A stretch of DNA of 64,000 nucleotides from a virus: positions 12,956-76,955 of the IMG/VR virus record IMGVR_UViG_3300050821_002279. One strand, written 5' to 3'. Positions 29,204 through 39,652 of the stretch are shown piece after piece. Made by a program: the position numbers and the translations under genes. Each line of letters starts with the position of its first letter. The first letter of the stretch is position 1. Below the pieces are notes generated by a model. That model saw only the letters and a list, made by a program, of their open reading frames with translations. It was not told the origin of the DNA and made no database searches.

Positions 29204-29230
29204 CTCAGCATAATCAATGAGTATGCTGAG
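29204..29230. promoter_or_regulatory. Palindromic operator candidate overlapping a promoter
   Basis: CTCAGCATAATCA-A-TGAGTATGCTGAG (13-bp arms, 1 mismatch) just after TTGACC and just before a wHTH gene. Confidence 0.5.
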
Positions 29231-29232
29231 CA

Positions 29233-29490
29233 TTGAACAGCGAAATCCCAAAAGTTAAGTGCGAATCCTGCGACGGAACCGGGGAAGTAGAACTTGACCA
29301 AACGCTTCTCGAAACGCTGAAGATAGTTCGCAAGCTGGGCAGGGCAACCGCGTCAGAGGTTTATGCACACAAGGACTTCAAGGACAAGGTGGTTTTAACC
29401 GCCGTGAATAATCGCCTGGACGAACTTTTCAATCTTGGATTCTTGACACGCAGCAAATGCTCTAGGCAGTGGATGTATTGCGAGAAATGA
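29233..29490 (+). CDS. Winged-helix DNA-binding protein with an N-terminal CxxCxGxG motif
   Basis: 'CESCDGTG' then 'TASEVY...TAVNNRLDELFNLGFLTRSK..RQWMY'. Confidence 0.6.
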   Translation: MNSEIPKVKCESCDGTGEVELDQTLLETLKIVRKLGRATASEVYAHKDFKDKVVLTAVNNRLDELFNLGFLTRSKCSRQWMYCEK

Positions 29491-29870
29491 AAGACGAATC
29501 CGAAAAGCAAACACCCGACGTAATCGCGAGGCAGTGGTTGTATGCCTTCGAACGATGCGCCAGGGATCGAAATTACGATGAAGCCCTTTCTCTCCTGCAC
29601 AAGAATTGCGTGTATTTCGGTCTTGCTGCGGATTCGCCCACGGCAGATTGGCTCGCGTGGTGGCCGCATCAGTTGAACTATACAGTGGACATGGCCGCAA
29701 CGAAGTTCATCCCCGAGGGAAACTTGATCATGTTCTCTTGCGCTTGGCTCGCTAAGCCGGTTGTTATCGGCGCACCAGATAGAGTTGGCAATATGAGCGG
29801 GGCGCTCATGAGATTTGCGAACGAGAAGGTTTTGGCGGTAATGGTACATATTTCTAGGAGGATGGAATAA
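29487..29870 (+). CDS. SnoaL/NTF2-like protein
   Basis: 'WLYAFERCARDRNYDEALSLL....VYFG' start and terminal 'VMVHIS' strand. Confidence 0.45.
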   Translation: MKDESEKQTPDVIARQWLYAFERCARDRNYDEALSLLHKNCVYFGLAADSPTADWLAWWPHQLNYTVDMAATKFIPEGNLIMFSCAWLAKPVVIGAPDRVGNMSGALMRFANEKVLAVMVHISRRME

Positions 29871-29879
29871 ACACACAAC

Positions 29880-30791
29880 ATGAAAACCACAGTCATTCAC
29901 CACAGCGCAGACTACGACGGCATTTTCTGCCGTGAAATTGCACGGAAGTTTTTGACTGAAGCTGAGTTGATCGGATGGGATTTTGCCGATCCGCCACTGC
30001 CGGTCCCTGAAGGAAACGTGCTTGTCATGGATCTGCCACTGGACGCAACGTTTGGTGGAAAGTCTGGACAGTTCAACATGGGAGTCGTAAACGCATGGGA
30101 GTCCAACCGCTTGATTTGGATTGATCATCATCAAAGCGCGATAAAAACGCACCCCCCTGAAGTTGGCGGCTATCAAATCGACGGCGTTGCAGCATGTCGG
30201 TTGGCGTGGCAATGGTTCACTCAGACCGGACCCGACAATCCCCCCAGCGATCCGGCGCTTGCTAAAAAGGAAGACTTCATAGAGCGCAGGGTTTCAGAGC
30301 CAATCGCTGTTCGCCTCGCCGGTGAATACGACATTTGGGACAAACGCGATCCTAACGCTGAACTGTTTCAGCATGGATTGAGAAGCCAGGAGCTTTCGCG
30401 TAACGAATGGGAATGGTTGCTCAGCATGAATCCCGGGGCAGTTCAAGTAGTTGAAAAGCTACTCAATCAGGGCTCTGCGGTTCAATATGCTCAACGCAAG
30501 CAAGACGAGTTCATTGCCAAAAGCCGCTCATTCGACGTGGAATGGGAGGGCTTGAAGTTCATGGCGATTAACGCCGTGCGCTGCAACTCTCTGACGTTCG
30601 AGGCCGCAACCCGTGCAGACCACGACGCGCTTATGGGCTTCTACTGGAACGGCAAATTCTGGAACGTGAGCCTGTACCATGCGCCGCACCGGAAGGATTT
30701 GGACCTGTCGGCCATCGCAGTGAAGTACGGCGGCGGCGGTCACAGGGGAGCATGCGGTTTCAGGGCTGATAAACTTCCGTTTATTCCGTAG
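29880..30791 (+). CDS. DHH-family phosphoesterase
   Basis: 'HHSADYDG', 'WIDHH', 'YDIW' and 'YGGGGHRGACGF'. Confidence 0.9.
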   Translation: MKTTVIHHSADYDGIFCREIARKFLTEAELIGWDFADPPLPVPEGNVLVMDLPLDATFGGKSGQFNMGVVNAWESNRLIWIDHHQSAIKTHPPEVGGYQIDGVAACRLAWQWFTQTGPDNPPSDPALAKKEDFIERRVSEPIAVRLAGEYDIWDKRDPNAELFQHGLRSQELSRNEWEWLLSMNPGAVQVVEKLLNQGSAVQYAQRKQDEFIAKSRSFDVEWEGLKFMAINAVRCNSLTFEAATRADHDALMGFYWNGKFWNVSLYHAPHRKDLDLSAIAVKYGGGGHRGACGFRADKLPFIP

Positions 30792-30793
30792 TC

Positions 30794-32389
30794 GTGCTCC
30801 TCGCCCTCGCAACAAACCCGAAGGACGTTGATCGTGCCTCCGATCTAATCTCATGGATTGGCGAGCTTGGCTCTTACCCGAAACACTGGATGCTTCTCAT
30901 CGGAGCATTTACGCTGGATGAAAGCATAATCTTTCAACTCGCGGCCCAGGCCAGAACGTGCGGTTTTAAGCAGGTTGTTTCGATTCGAGCGAAGACCGAG
31001 CCGGATAATCCTTGGCCGCAGGCTGCGAACCACATGTTCCATCTCGCGGCGGATTATGCGGCAAATCACGCCCGCGTCCCCTTTTTCTGGATAGAGCCGG
31101 ATTGCGCACCCATGAGGGAAGGCTGGCTGGATGCTATCGAAGCTGAGTATCAAGCGATGCGCAAAGCCTTCATGGGCACAGTTTACGACCAGCCTTATCG
31201 CCACATGAACGGTGTAGGGTGCTATCCAGACAACATTCGCCGGTATAACCCACTCATGTTTAATGCGGAGTTTGCCGGTCTGCCGTTCGATACCGTTCGC
31301 CCCGATCTGGTTCTCAACACGCGAAACGCCCACGTCACTCGCCTGATTCACCGAAGCCTCGAAGATCCGGCGACGAACACGGCGCATCATTTCGCGACGA
31401 TGGATGACCTTTCAATCATTCCGCGTGAATGCCTGCTTTTCCACGGATGCAAGGATGGCTCTCTCATCGCCCGTCTCCGCGAACAACGCAACGGATTATC
31501 CACCGTGATCAATCCGCCTCTTGAGACTGGACCGACTTTGAAAGAACGATTCGTCCAAGGGATGAAGAAGCTGATTTCGTGGGATGGTGGGCCTTTCTAT
31601 CATTCGGGGAACCTGGGCGATGTCGTTTACGGGTTGCCAGCGATCAAAGCTGTCGGCGGTGGGGATCTTATCATCGGCCCAGAGCAGCGAAAAACCGCTC
31701 TCTGCGCCGTCCCTATCGACAAGAAACAGTTCGAGATGTTCAAGCCCCTTCTGGATGCGCAATCGTATCTGAAGCACGTTGCTTACTCGGAGAAATATCC
31801 GCCGCAATGCAGGGATTTGAATCACTTCAGGACGATTTGGAACACTCCCGCACTGCGAAAGAAGCACGATATTACCACCCTTTGCCAAGCTCATTTCCTT
31901 GAGCTTGGAGTGCTCGATAAATTCGACGCGCAAGAGCAGGCCGCGTGGCTCACATGCACAAAGCCGATGGAGACCGGGAAGCTCATCGTGCATCGTTCTC
32001 CCAGGTATAACGCGCCAGCGACCGGCAAAGATTCTTTTCCGTGGCAACGTGCCGTGGATAAATACCACGAGGATATGCTATTCGTTGGTCTGGAAAGCGA
32101 GCATGATGCCTTTTGTCGCAACTTCGGGAAGAAAGTCTCGTTTTGGAAGGTGAAAGACTTCATGGAAATGGCGAATATAATCGCTGGCGGCAAGGTTTGT
32201 CTCATGAACCAAAGCTTCCCGCTTTCTATCGCGATTGGGCTTGGTAAACGAGTGGTTTGTGAAGCCTTACCCCGAAGCCCGGATTGCAGGTTCTTCAGAA
32301 ATTCATATACAGACCAGCTATTAGAGAAAGATCAAACATCCCTGTTGGATTTCATTGACAATCCGAAGCCGTTGGGTTTAATTGCATGA
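30794..32389 (+). CDS. Two-domain glycosyltransferase-like protein (GT-A-like plus GT9-like)
   Basis: N-half 'FFWIEPDC.P....WL' and 'FHGCKDG'; C-half 'HSGNLGDVVY.LPAI' and 'DFMEMANIIAG...LMNQS.PL.IA.GLG'. Confidence 0.7.
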   Translation: MLLALATNPKDVDRASDLISWIGELGSYPKHWMLLIGAFTLDESIIFQLAAQARTCGFKQVVSIRAKTEPDNPWPQAANHMFHLAADYAANHARVPFFWIEPDCAPMREGWLDAIEAEYQAMRKAFMGTVYDQPYRHMNGVGCYPDNIRRYNPLMFNAEFAGLPFDTVRPDLVLNTRNAHVTRLIHRSLEDPATNTAHHFATMDDLSIIPRECLLFHGCKDGSLIARLREQRNGLSTVINPPLETGPTLKERFVQGMKKLISWDGGPFYHSGNLGDVVYGLPAIKAVGGGDLIIGPEQRKTALCAVPIDKKQFEMFKPLLDAQSYLKHVAYSEKYPPQCRDLNHFRTIWNTPALRKKHDITTLCQAHFLELGVLDKFDAQEQAAWLTCTKPMETGKLIVHRSPRYNAPATGKDSFPWQRAVDKYHEDMLFVGLESEHDAFCRNFGKKVSFWKVKDFMEMANIIAGGKVCLMNQSFPLSIAIGLGKRVVCEALPRSPDCRFFRNSYTDQLLEKDQTSLLDFIDNPKPLGLIA

Positions 32390-32568
32390 ATGACTCAATC
32401 AGCAAGCTCGCAAGTCAATTTGGAAGGATGGGTGGATTATCTCGATCTCCTGCCAAATCGCGTGCGGCAAAACGTAATGGAAGGCTTGGCGGGCGGCCAA
32501 AGCGTTGGAAGACCAGTTCGCCTGTTCAGCAGAGAGCATCTGCGCCAAAGGCTTCAAAAAAAGATTAA
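32386..32568 (+). CDS. Small basic protein (GR-GG repeat)
   Basis: 'GRMGGLSRSPAKSRAAKRNGRLGGRPK'; ATGA-coupled to the upstream gene. Confidence 0.55.
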   Translation: MNDSISKLASQFGRMGGLSRSPAKSRAAKRNGRLGGRPKRWKTSSPVQQRASAPKASKKD

Positions 32569-33001
32569 TGTTGACCTAGTATCAGGTTGCTGGAATTGGA
32601 CTGGATACATAATGAAAAATGGATACGCAACAATAGGAGTCCATCATGCTAAGATTTTGATTCATAGATTATCGTGGGTCTTATTTGTCGGCTCTATCCC
32701 GCTTGGACTATGCGTCCTTCATCACTGCGACAACCGCAAGTGTTGCAACTGGGAGCACCTTTTTACTGGAACTAATCAGGAAAACCAAGACGATTGCAGA
32801 CAGAAAGGAAGACATCGCTGGCTGAGGGGTGAATTGCATCCAAAGCGTATCCTGACAGAGCTAGAAGTAATTGCAATAAAACAACGACACGCGAGCACTG
32901 GAGAATCTTTTACTAGCATCTCCCTAGATTACCCTTCTGTCCATAAAGATACAATTCGGGCGATTCTTAATAATAAATCTTGGGGTTGGCTGAATCCATG
33001 A
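32390..33001 (+). CDS. HNH homing endonuclease (start uncertain)
   Basis: 'GCWNWTG....GY...HRLSW..FVG.IP.GLCVLHHCDNRKCCNWEHLFTGT..EN..D'. Confidence 0.85.
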   Translation: MTQSASSQVNLEGWVDYLDLLPNRVRQNVMEGLAGGQSVGRPVRLFSREHLRQRLQKKINVDLVSGCWNWTGYIMKNGYATIGVHHAKILIHRLSWVLFVGSIPLGLCVLHHCDNRKCCNWEHLFTGTNQENQDDCRQKGRHRWLRGELHPKRILTELEVIAIKQRHASTGESFTSISLDYPSVHKDTIRAILNNKSWGWLNP

Positions 33002-33813
33002 ACTACACCGAGCGCATCCCGTGTCCCGTCTGCAAATCCTCAGAGGCAAAAACCGCGAGGACTTCGCGGGACATTGTGCAATGCGACTCTTGCGGCATCG
33101 TTTACCTTCGCACGAGACCGCCCGTGAAGGAGTTGGAAGCGTGGTACCAACGCTATGCGAGCAATCCAGGCTCACACATGAAGTGTCCCGAGACATTCGA
33201 TCAAGTCCGAACAACGCCGCTTCGCCGCAACGATCTAATGTCGGACTTGCTAGGCTTCGTCGGGCCAGAGCGGAGACAATTTATTGATTGCGGCTCAGGC
33301 TGGGGCGCTTTCCTTCATAATGCCCGTGAGCACGATTTCGCCGTGACTGGGATCGAGATATGCAGGGAGATGGCCGACTTCGCAACGAGCATGCTTGGGA
33401 TTTATACGCACCGTTGCCAGCTTGAGGAGACAGACCTTCTTTCTGACGGCACGCAAGTCGTAAGCCTTTGCCACAGCTTAGAGCATCTTCCTGATACCGC
33501 TTCCGCTTTGGGCTACATTCATCGCATCCTTGAGCCAAACGGGATTATTTGCGGCATCGTGCCTAACTTCGCCGGATGGGGCTCGATTACCATGCGCGAG
33601 AAATGGCCCTGGATCGACGCAGATTATCATTATACCCACTATTCACCAGAGACGCTCAAGACAACGCTTTGGCGGTTTGGTTTCAATACCTTGAAGATGT
33701 ACACAACTACCGGCGACTTTGACCGCAAACTTCTTCCAACCGGCGCATCCTTGGCAAGGCTTGAGGCGGATGGAAAGGGTGAGGAAATACATTGGATAGC
33801 GCAGAAGCTATGA
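32998..33813 (+). CDS. Class I SAM-dependent methyltransferase with an N-terminal Zn ribbon
   Basis: 'CPVC...CDSCG', 'IDCGSGWGAF', 'HSLEHL' and 'VPN'. Confidence 0.85.
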   Translation: MNYTERIPCPVCKSSEAKTARTSRDIVQCDSCGIVYLRTRPPVKELEAWYQRYASNPGSHMKCPETFDQVRTTPLRRNDLMSDLLGFVGPERRQFIDCGSGWGAFLHNAREHDFAVTGIEICREMADFATSMLGIYTHRCQLEETDLLSDGTQVVSLCHSLEHLPDTASALGYIHRILEPNGIICGIVPNFAGWGSITMREKWPWIDADYHYTHYSPETLKTTLWRFGFNTLKMYTTTGDFDRKLLPTGASLARLEADGKGEEIHWIAQKL

Positions 33814-33946
33814 AATCCGACATGACTGATTTTTGGAGTGGTTTAGGACTGGCCCTGATAATCCTAGCGTGCTTTCTTGGACTTGGCGGGTGCATTTATT
33901 TGGCCGAAAAAGGCGATCAAAGGCCCACACCAGCAGAATCGTCGAA

Positions 33947-34951
33947 ATGATTAAAATCTTTGCCACAACCCTAAACACCTTTGCCGGGAATAATCCCTAT
34001 GGCGTCCATCCTGTTTGCCATTATGCTCTGGATACCCTCGTTTATTATTGTCCAGAACAGTTTGAAAAGACATCGAGTTTGGCTGAATGTGACGCTGTTC
34101 TCACAAACGCCCCCGCCGCCCCGCCCTACTCCTTCGATTGGGTCACGGCAGATTCGGTAATCGCGCTCAAAAAGCCAATCTTCATCTTGAACGATGCTGA
34201 TGGCGCAATGCCTGACTGCGAGGGGCAAACACCAGACAAGGTGCGAAACTTCCAAAACTTCGTTCGCGGCGGAAACGGGATACGAGCTTACTTCTACCGC
34301 GAGTGGTTTGAAGGCTACGAACGCCCCGATCTCCCATTCCCGCTCCTGCCATTTGAACTCGTCGGTTATCTTTGGACGGCCCACCCCAAGGACCGCCAGG
34401 ATTATCACACCAATGAAACGCTGGAGAACTTCAAATCGCGACAATGGGACATCCTTTTCGCGCAATCCTTAAACTGCCAAGCCAGGATTGCTCTCCACAA
34501 TGCCCTTCTTCGACTCCCAAGGACGGCTGTGCGCAATCTTTATAGCACTGGGAAGCTTCCAGCCGCGCAACACCTCTCAGACCAAGGCACGGCGCGAATA
34601 ACGACCGCGATTGAAGGCTCAGGGATTAAATGCTGCTCAACCCACGAAGCCTCGCTAAACTCCGTGATGGCGATGGGCGATATCGCGATGCATTGGACTT
34701 ACCCCTGGATTGACGGCGAAAACTGCATACGGCTCGTTTACGAAAAGAACAAGGGGGAAGGCTCGCTGGTTCACAACTTTGGAAGGGGACTGCCTGACGT
34801 GGACAAATCGATCTTGAAGCTCCAAGCGCATTTGGATGCACCGGAAAGGCTGTACAACATCATGCAGGCCGGAATGGAGACGGCAAGGAAGTATTCGCTG
34901 CCGGAATATTACAAGAATCATCTTGGGGCAAACATCATCAAGTATTTATGA
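33947..34951 (+). CDS. Glycosyltransferase-like protein (GT-B-like?)
   Basis: Paralogous to 36892..37920 (YF.RE, 'R..DI.F', 'G.G.KC', 'W.YPW..G.NCI.L'); lies in the sugar-modification cluster. Confidence 0.5.
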   Translation: MIKIFATTLNTFAGNNPYGVHPVCHYALDTLVYYCPEQFEKTSSLAECDAVLTNAPAAPPYSFDWVTADSVIALKKPIFILNDADGAMPDCEGQTPDKVRNFQNFVRGGNGIRAYFYREWFEGYERPDLPFPLLPFELVGYLWTAHPKDRQDYHTNETLENFKSRQWDILFAQSLNCQARIALHNALLRLPRTAVRNLYSTGKLPAAQHLSDQGTARITTAIEGSGIKCCSTHEASLNSVMAMGDIAMHWTYPWIDGENCIRLVYEKNKGEGSLVHNFGRGLPDVDKSILKLQAHLDAPERLYNIMQAGMETARKYSLPEYYKNHLGANIIKYL

Positions 34952-35178
34952 AAGCACACCTTCACGTCCACGACGGAGACGCGCAGCTTGAAATCATCGC
35001 GGAAACGGAGTTCGAGAAACGCGCTTTGGCAATGTGTCACGAAAACTTCCCGATTCAATCGTTGCGGATCGTAATTGACGAGGGTGGCTATTTAGGACAA
35101 GCGCCAAGGACAGCTTGTGCCCTGATTGACTTCGAGCCAAAGCCGCAACCATTTAAAAGCGTGTCATTAAACCCATGA
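34948..35178 (+). CDS. Hypothetical protein
   Basis: Coupled on both sides. Confidence 0.45.
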   Translation: MKAHLHVHDGDAQLEIIAETEFEKRALAMCHENFPIQSLRIVIDEGGYLGQAPRTACALIDFEPKPQPFKSVSLNP

Positions 35179-35909
35179 ACCTTACGCCCGAACTCCAAGC
35201 CTTCGTCGATCTCTGGCGCAACGAAGACGCGTACAATAACGACTTTCACGCCCGCTGCACGAAGATGGTCGATGAATCCAAGCTTCTCAAGGAGCACCGC
35301 GACTGGATCGAAGCGAATCAATTCGGTTTCGGCGACAGAGCCTTTCACTGTATTTGGCTGGCTCTCATGGCCCAAATGCCCCCGGACTTTTCCTTCCTCG
35401 AAATCGGCGTCTTCAAAGGGCAGGTCTTGAGCCTCGTCGGGCTCATCGCAAAGACGATGGAAAAGAAGGCGCACATCTACGGCGTGACAACCTTAACGAA
35501 TACTGAGGACGTTCGATGCCGGTATCCTGCTGGCGATTACAAGGGATGGATAAATCAGATTCACGAACATTTTCAAGTGCAGAAACCGATCCTGATTGTC
35601 GGAAAATCGAGCAATCCAACGGTTGTTGAGCAATGCACCGGATTTGCGCCGTATGATTTGGTGTACGTGGACGGGTCTCACGACTATCCAGATGTCGTGT
35701 TCGACATTAAGACCTATGCGCCGATGACGAAGGCGGGCGGGTTTTTGGTGATGGACGATGCCAGCATCAACCGTCTCAACGTGGGAAGTTGCTGGAGTGG
35801 CCTCGAAGATGTCGCGCAGGCCGTTAAGGATCATTTGGACAATGATCCGAGGTTCAAGTTTCTCCTAGCATGCGGCCACCTCAACCTGTTCCAGAGAGTT
35901 AAGGATTAA
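35175..35909 (+). CDS. Class I SAM methyltransferase (Methyltransf_24-like)
   Basis: 'FLEIGVFKG', 'YDLVYVDGSHDY..V..DI' and 'GGFLVMDD'. Confidence 0.85.
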   Translation: MNLTPELQAFVDLWRNEDAYNNDFHARCTKMVDESKLLKEHRDWIEANQFGFGDRAFHCIWLALMAQMPPDFSFLEIGVFKGQVLSLVGLIAKTMEKKAHIYGVTTLTNTEDVRCRYPAGDYKGWINQIHEHFQVQKPILIVGKSSNPTVVEQCTGFAPYDLVYVDGSHDYPDVVFDIKTYAPMTKAGGFLVMDDASINRLNVGSCWSGLEDVAQAVKDHLDNDPRFKFLLACGHLNLFQRVKD

Positions 35910-35966
35910 CCATGCCAATCCGTTACAAAGCTGAGCATTTCGAGTGGCTTATATAAAGAAGCACGC

Positions 35967-36689
35967 ATGACGACTCCTGTTGTAACTATTTCTAGCAGGA
36001 CTCCAGATCGGATTAAAGAGCCCTATTACCACCTTGATGCTTTCATTGAGAGCGCCAAGAGGCAAGGAATATCGCCTGTGTTTTTACCGGGTAAATATTT
36101 CGGCTTGATGAGTAAGCCACGATTGCTCCTCGACTGGATTCACACCAACGGGGCGGCTTTTCAGCATTTGATCTGTTGCGATGCATGGGATGTCGCGCTA
36201 ATCTGCGGAACCGAAGAAATCATTTACAATTACAAAGGCTTCGGCTTTCCAATCGTGATGAATGCAGAACGCAACTGTTTCCCTCTTGCTGACCTCGCAG
36301 ACAAGTTTCCAGAATCTCCAACGCCCTATAAGTACGTTAATAGTGGCTTCTACGTTGGCGAGACTGCTGCGATCGTCTCCATGCTCGAAACCATGCGCGA
36401 TACCTACGGCTTTCCAGACGACGTTCATAATCCCGATGGAAGTTGGACCGCGAGAAACGACCAGGGCGACTACAGCCTTTATTTTTTGGAGCATCAAAAC
36501 ATCATCAAGCTCGACACGACCGCGATCTTGGCCCAAACCCTTCACGATGCCGATCCGCAAGAATTTGCCTATTTGCCAGATACTAAGCGCGTGATAAGTC
36601 TGCTTACTAAAAATCAACCCTGCGCGATCCACGGCAACGGCTCCGGCAAATCATGGTTAAAACGAATCATCGGATGGCTTGGACTATGA
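35967..36689 (+). CDS. PLOD/procollagen-lysine glycosyltransferase-domain-like protein
   Basis: 'CDAWDV', 'IVMNAERNCFP', 'YKYVNSGFYVG', 'DQ', 'IKLD....LAQTL' and 'IHGNG..K' mirror the PLOD glycosyltransferase domain. Confidence 0.75.
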   Translation: MTTPVVTISSRTPDRIKEPYYHLDAFIESAKRQGISPVFLPGKYFGLMSKPRLLLDWIHTNGAAFQHLICCDAWDVALICGTEEIIYNYKGFGFPIVMNAERNCFPLADLADKFPESPTPYKYVNSGFYVGETAAIVSMLETMRDTYGFPDDVHNPDGSWTARNDQGDYSLYFLEHQNIIKLDTTAILAQTLHDADPQEFAYLPDTKRVISLLTKNQPCAIHGNGSGKSWLKRIIGWLGL

Positions 36690-36895
36690 GAGTTGTGAAC
36701 GCATTCATCCTAGTTGTTGGGGTTTGCCTCTGGAGTTTTCTTATTTGCAAGACTCGCAGGAGACTGAGAATTCAACGCGATTTTGATCGCAATAATGAAG
36801 CCTTCTTTCGTGCCGCCCTTAATAGAAACACGACGGCCATGAAATCTCACCACGAGCAATGCGAGGCCGCTTTGGAGGAGCTTAAAAAGCTGTGA
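36686..36895 (+). CDS. Small membrane-anchored protein
   Basis: N-terminal hydrophobic helix; coupled ORF. Confidence 0.4.
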   Translation: MRVVNAFILVVGVCLWSFLICKTRRRLRIQRDFDRNNEAFFRAALNRNTTAMKSHHEQCEAALEELKKL

Positions 36896-37920
36896 GGGCT
36901 TTAATCACCTCCTTCAACCAAAAGCTCGGGCTGAATCCGATGGTCTCCCGCCTTCTCCACGCAATCCCCGGCTTCGAACCAGCAGGCGTACACGATTGCG
37001 ATGTTGTGTTCCTGTCCTTTATCGCTCCCGAGCAAGACTTCGTTCCCGACAAGATGACGCTGGATGCGATCTCGCGGCGGAAGCTGCCGGTGATAATCTT
37101 TGACCATTCGGAAACGTTCAAGGAACCATTCATTTTAGGATTTTCGCCCGTTGAGCCTGGAGGCCAGTACGAGCTTGTTCACTCTATTCTGGCGCGGGAA
37201 CTGAACACTAAGGCGTATTTTAAACGCGAGATGTCGCCAACTCCACCAAGTCCGTTTAATCTAATATTCCCAGTCTATCCCCTCGACTGGACCCTCAACG
37301 CCCTTTCGCCAGCCCATGTTGATACCCGCGAGGAGTACAACGCTCGCCCCATCGACATTTTCTATAGCTGGGGATACTCAAACGAATCCCGTCCCCGCCT
37401 CATGGGGGAACTGCTCCGACAAGCTGGAAGATTCTGCGCTCACTTCTGTTTAACTGAGGAAGATTTGGACGTTGCTTTGAAAGAAGGGCGCGAGCGGATC
37501 TTCGCACTGCTCTTTACCCCGCACTTCAGGCGGATTCACTACAGCAAAATCTTCGAGTGGCAGGGCAAGGCGAAGGTGAGTATTTCGATGTTTGGGGCAG
37601 GGAAGAAGTGTTTTCGCTGCGCAGAGGCATCGTATAACGCGGTTATGGCGCAACAAGCCCCGGATGAACTTCAGTGGTCTTACCCTTGGGTTGCGGGACG
37701 GAACTGTATTCAGCTTCCGACCGGAAGAAGGCTTGATAAGGATTCGTTTTGGCGCGAAGAGGAAGAAGTCGCCGTTGCATGGCTTTATAGTGGACTCCGC
37801 GAAACACAAGGCTCCCTTTACGACATCTACCTCAAAGGCATGGAAAACAATCAACGGTACCACAATGCGACGTACGCGAGGGATTATCTTGCACCGCGAA
37901 TCATGGAGGCTTTGAAATGA
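36892..37920 (+). CDS. Glycosyltransferase-like protein, paralog of 33947..34951
   Basis: Shared motifs with 33947..34951. Confidence 0.5.
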   Translation: MRALITSFNQKLGLNPMVSRLLHAIPGFEPAGVHDCDVVFLSFIAPEQDFVPDKMTLDAISRRKLPVIIFDHSETFKEPFILGFSPVEPGGQYELVHSILARELNTKAYFKREMSPTPPSPFNLIFPVYPLDWTLNALSPAHVDTREEYNARPIDIFYSWGYSNESRPRLMGELLRQAGRFCAHFCLTEEDLDVALKEGRERIFALLFTPHFRRIHYSKIFEWQGKAKVSISMFGAGKKCFRCAEASYNAVMAQQAPDELQWSYPWVAGRNCIQLPTGRRLDKDSFWREEEEVAVAWLYSGLRETQGSLYDIYLKGMENNQRYHNATYARDYLAPRIMEALK

Positions 37921-39652
37921 GTCGGGAGGTGTCTAAGTCTGAACTGCTCGTGGAATGTTTAGAGCAGATGAAAATCACCTATCACATGCTTGAAAAACTC
38001 GAATCCGGTCATGATTACCAAGCGACGTTTCAGCATTTCAAAATGGCCGCTTTGACCGCCGCTAAGATAATGAACGAAAACGATGTCAATATCGCTGCGA
38101 TGATAAAAGACAAATGAACAGTACTTGCTCACCAGAAACACCGTGGACGTGGCGCGATAAGTTATGCGCCAGAGTCTTCCCATTCACAATCTGCAACATC
38201 CCCGAAGCGCCAGCATCGTATCAGGACGTGATTGTTAGCAAATCACGCTCAAGTCTTTGCTTTACCGATAGACTTCGTGTGCTGTTTACCGGCAAAGTGG
38301 AAGTCGAAACGAGAATCGTAACAGAGAACATGATCGGCTCCCACAGGACCAACAGCGTAATTCGGTGTGGGAGGTTCTTTGAATGAATGACATCCGAGAG
38401 CGCCTTCAGGAGACTGCGGCGATGATTCAAACACGCCTGCCTCCAAACACCATGTTCGTCTTACTTGCTGGCGATTTTGGCCCAGGGACGCTTGAGTATA
38501 TCTCGAACGGTCGTCGGGAGGACGTGGTTAAGCTACTGAAAGAGTTCATAAAAAAGACTGAAGGCGAACGCTGGATGAGGCATTGCGACGAAGGCCCGCA
38601 AGCACCAACATGAAATGACCCCCAACCGACTACAAGCCCTCACCACGAACCCCGATCTTGAGCTTACTGCCGAGGAAGTCAAAGAAGGCTGGCATTTCTG
38701 CTATAGTTACGAGAAGCTCGTTGGCCCTGGAATGCCAGAGTTCACGACCTGTCAATGTGGAAATCGGCAACAAAGCGCGGAAGGCGAACCAGTGATACTG
38801 CCATGAAACAACCGTTGTGGAATCCCATTATTAACCAAAAGTGCTACGTGATCCTCGACGAGCACGGCAACATGATTTGTGAACAACTGGCGGATTCAGA
38901 ACACTTGGCTTTGAGGCAGGCGAAGGAAGAGCCTTACTCGAAGAAATACGCGAGGACTGCGATCTTGAAAACCGAGCACGAACGCACGGAGAAGTTACAG
39001 GACAAGTGGATTAAGGCGGCGAAAAAGGCGGAAATGTGAACAGCAGATCCTTTTTCAAATCGCTCGCCATGCTTACTGCCGGTGCCGCAGTAGCACCCGG
39101 GATCTTCATTCCTAAGTTTGAGCCGGTGAAGTGGAAGCTGACTCGCGGAGGCTTGACCCAAGCTTATCTAGATGAAGTTGCGGCGGAACTCGAACCCAAT
39201 CCCGCGTGGATCGATGCTGAGCCGATGTATTTCATTGTCCACCCAGACTTTAAGAAAGCTTACTACGGCGAATGGAAGTTTGAAACAAAATGAAGAGACT
39301 GCTTAACTTCTTCCGTCCCCAACCGCGCAAGCTGCTTCTCATACGAAGGCTTTCATCCCGCATCAGCATCGAGGAATGGCGCTCGAACGCGGATCTGGTC
39401 ACGATGGCCAGAAAGTTTCTCAACGACCCAGATTTTCAAATCATGATCGATGCCTTGGAAAACGCCGCGCCACACAACTATATCGCCTTGCGCGAAATGA
39501 GCATCGACGCCCGGGCAATGGAGCAATCGAAGTCGGAAGGGTACCAACTCGCCCTGAACAACCTTTTCGCGCTTGGATCGCCGCAAGTGCCGAAGGTGGA
39601 CCTTGAAGCTGACTTTTCTCAGCCCGAAGAAGAATTGCCAGAACATGCTTGA
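37917..39652 (+). other. Run of small, mostly coupled hypothetical ORFs (37917-38117, 38114-38386, 38383-38613, 38615-38806, 38803-39039, 39036-39293, 39290-39652)
   Basis: Consecutive ATGA/GTGA overlaps indicate real genes; no recognisable function. Confidence 0.55.

Noticed and set aside
32553-32568. A-AAA-AAG slippery site linking the small basic ORF and the HNH ORF
   Set aside because: A fusion would need a +1 shift, whereas this motif promotes -1 shifts, which would only terminate the HNH frame.
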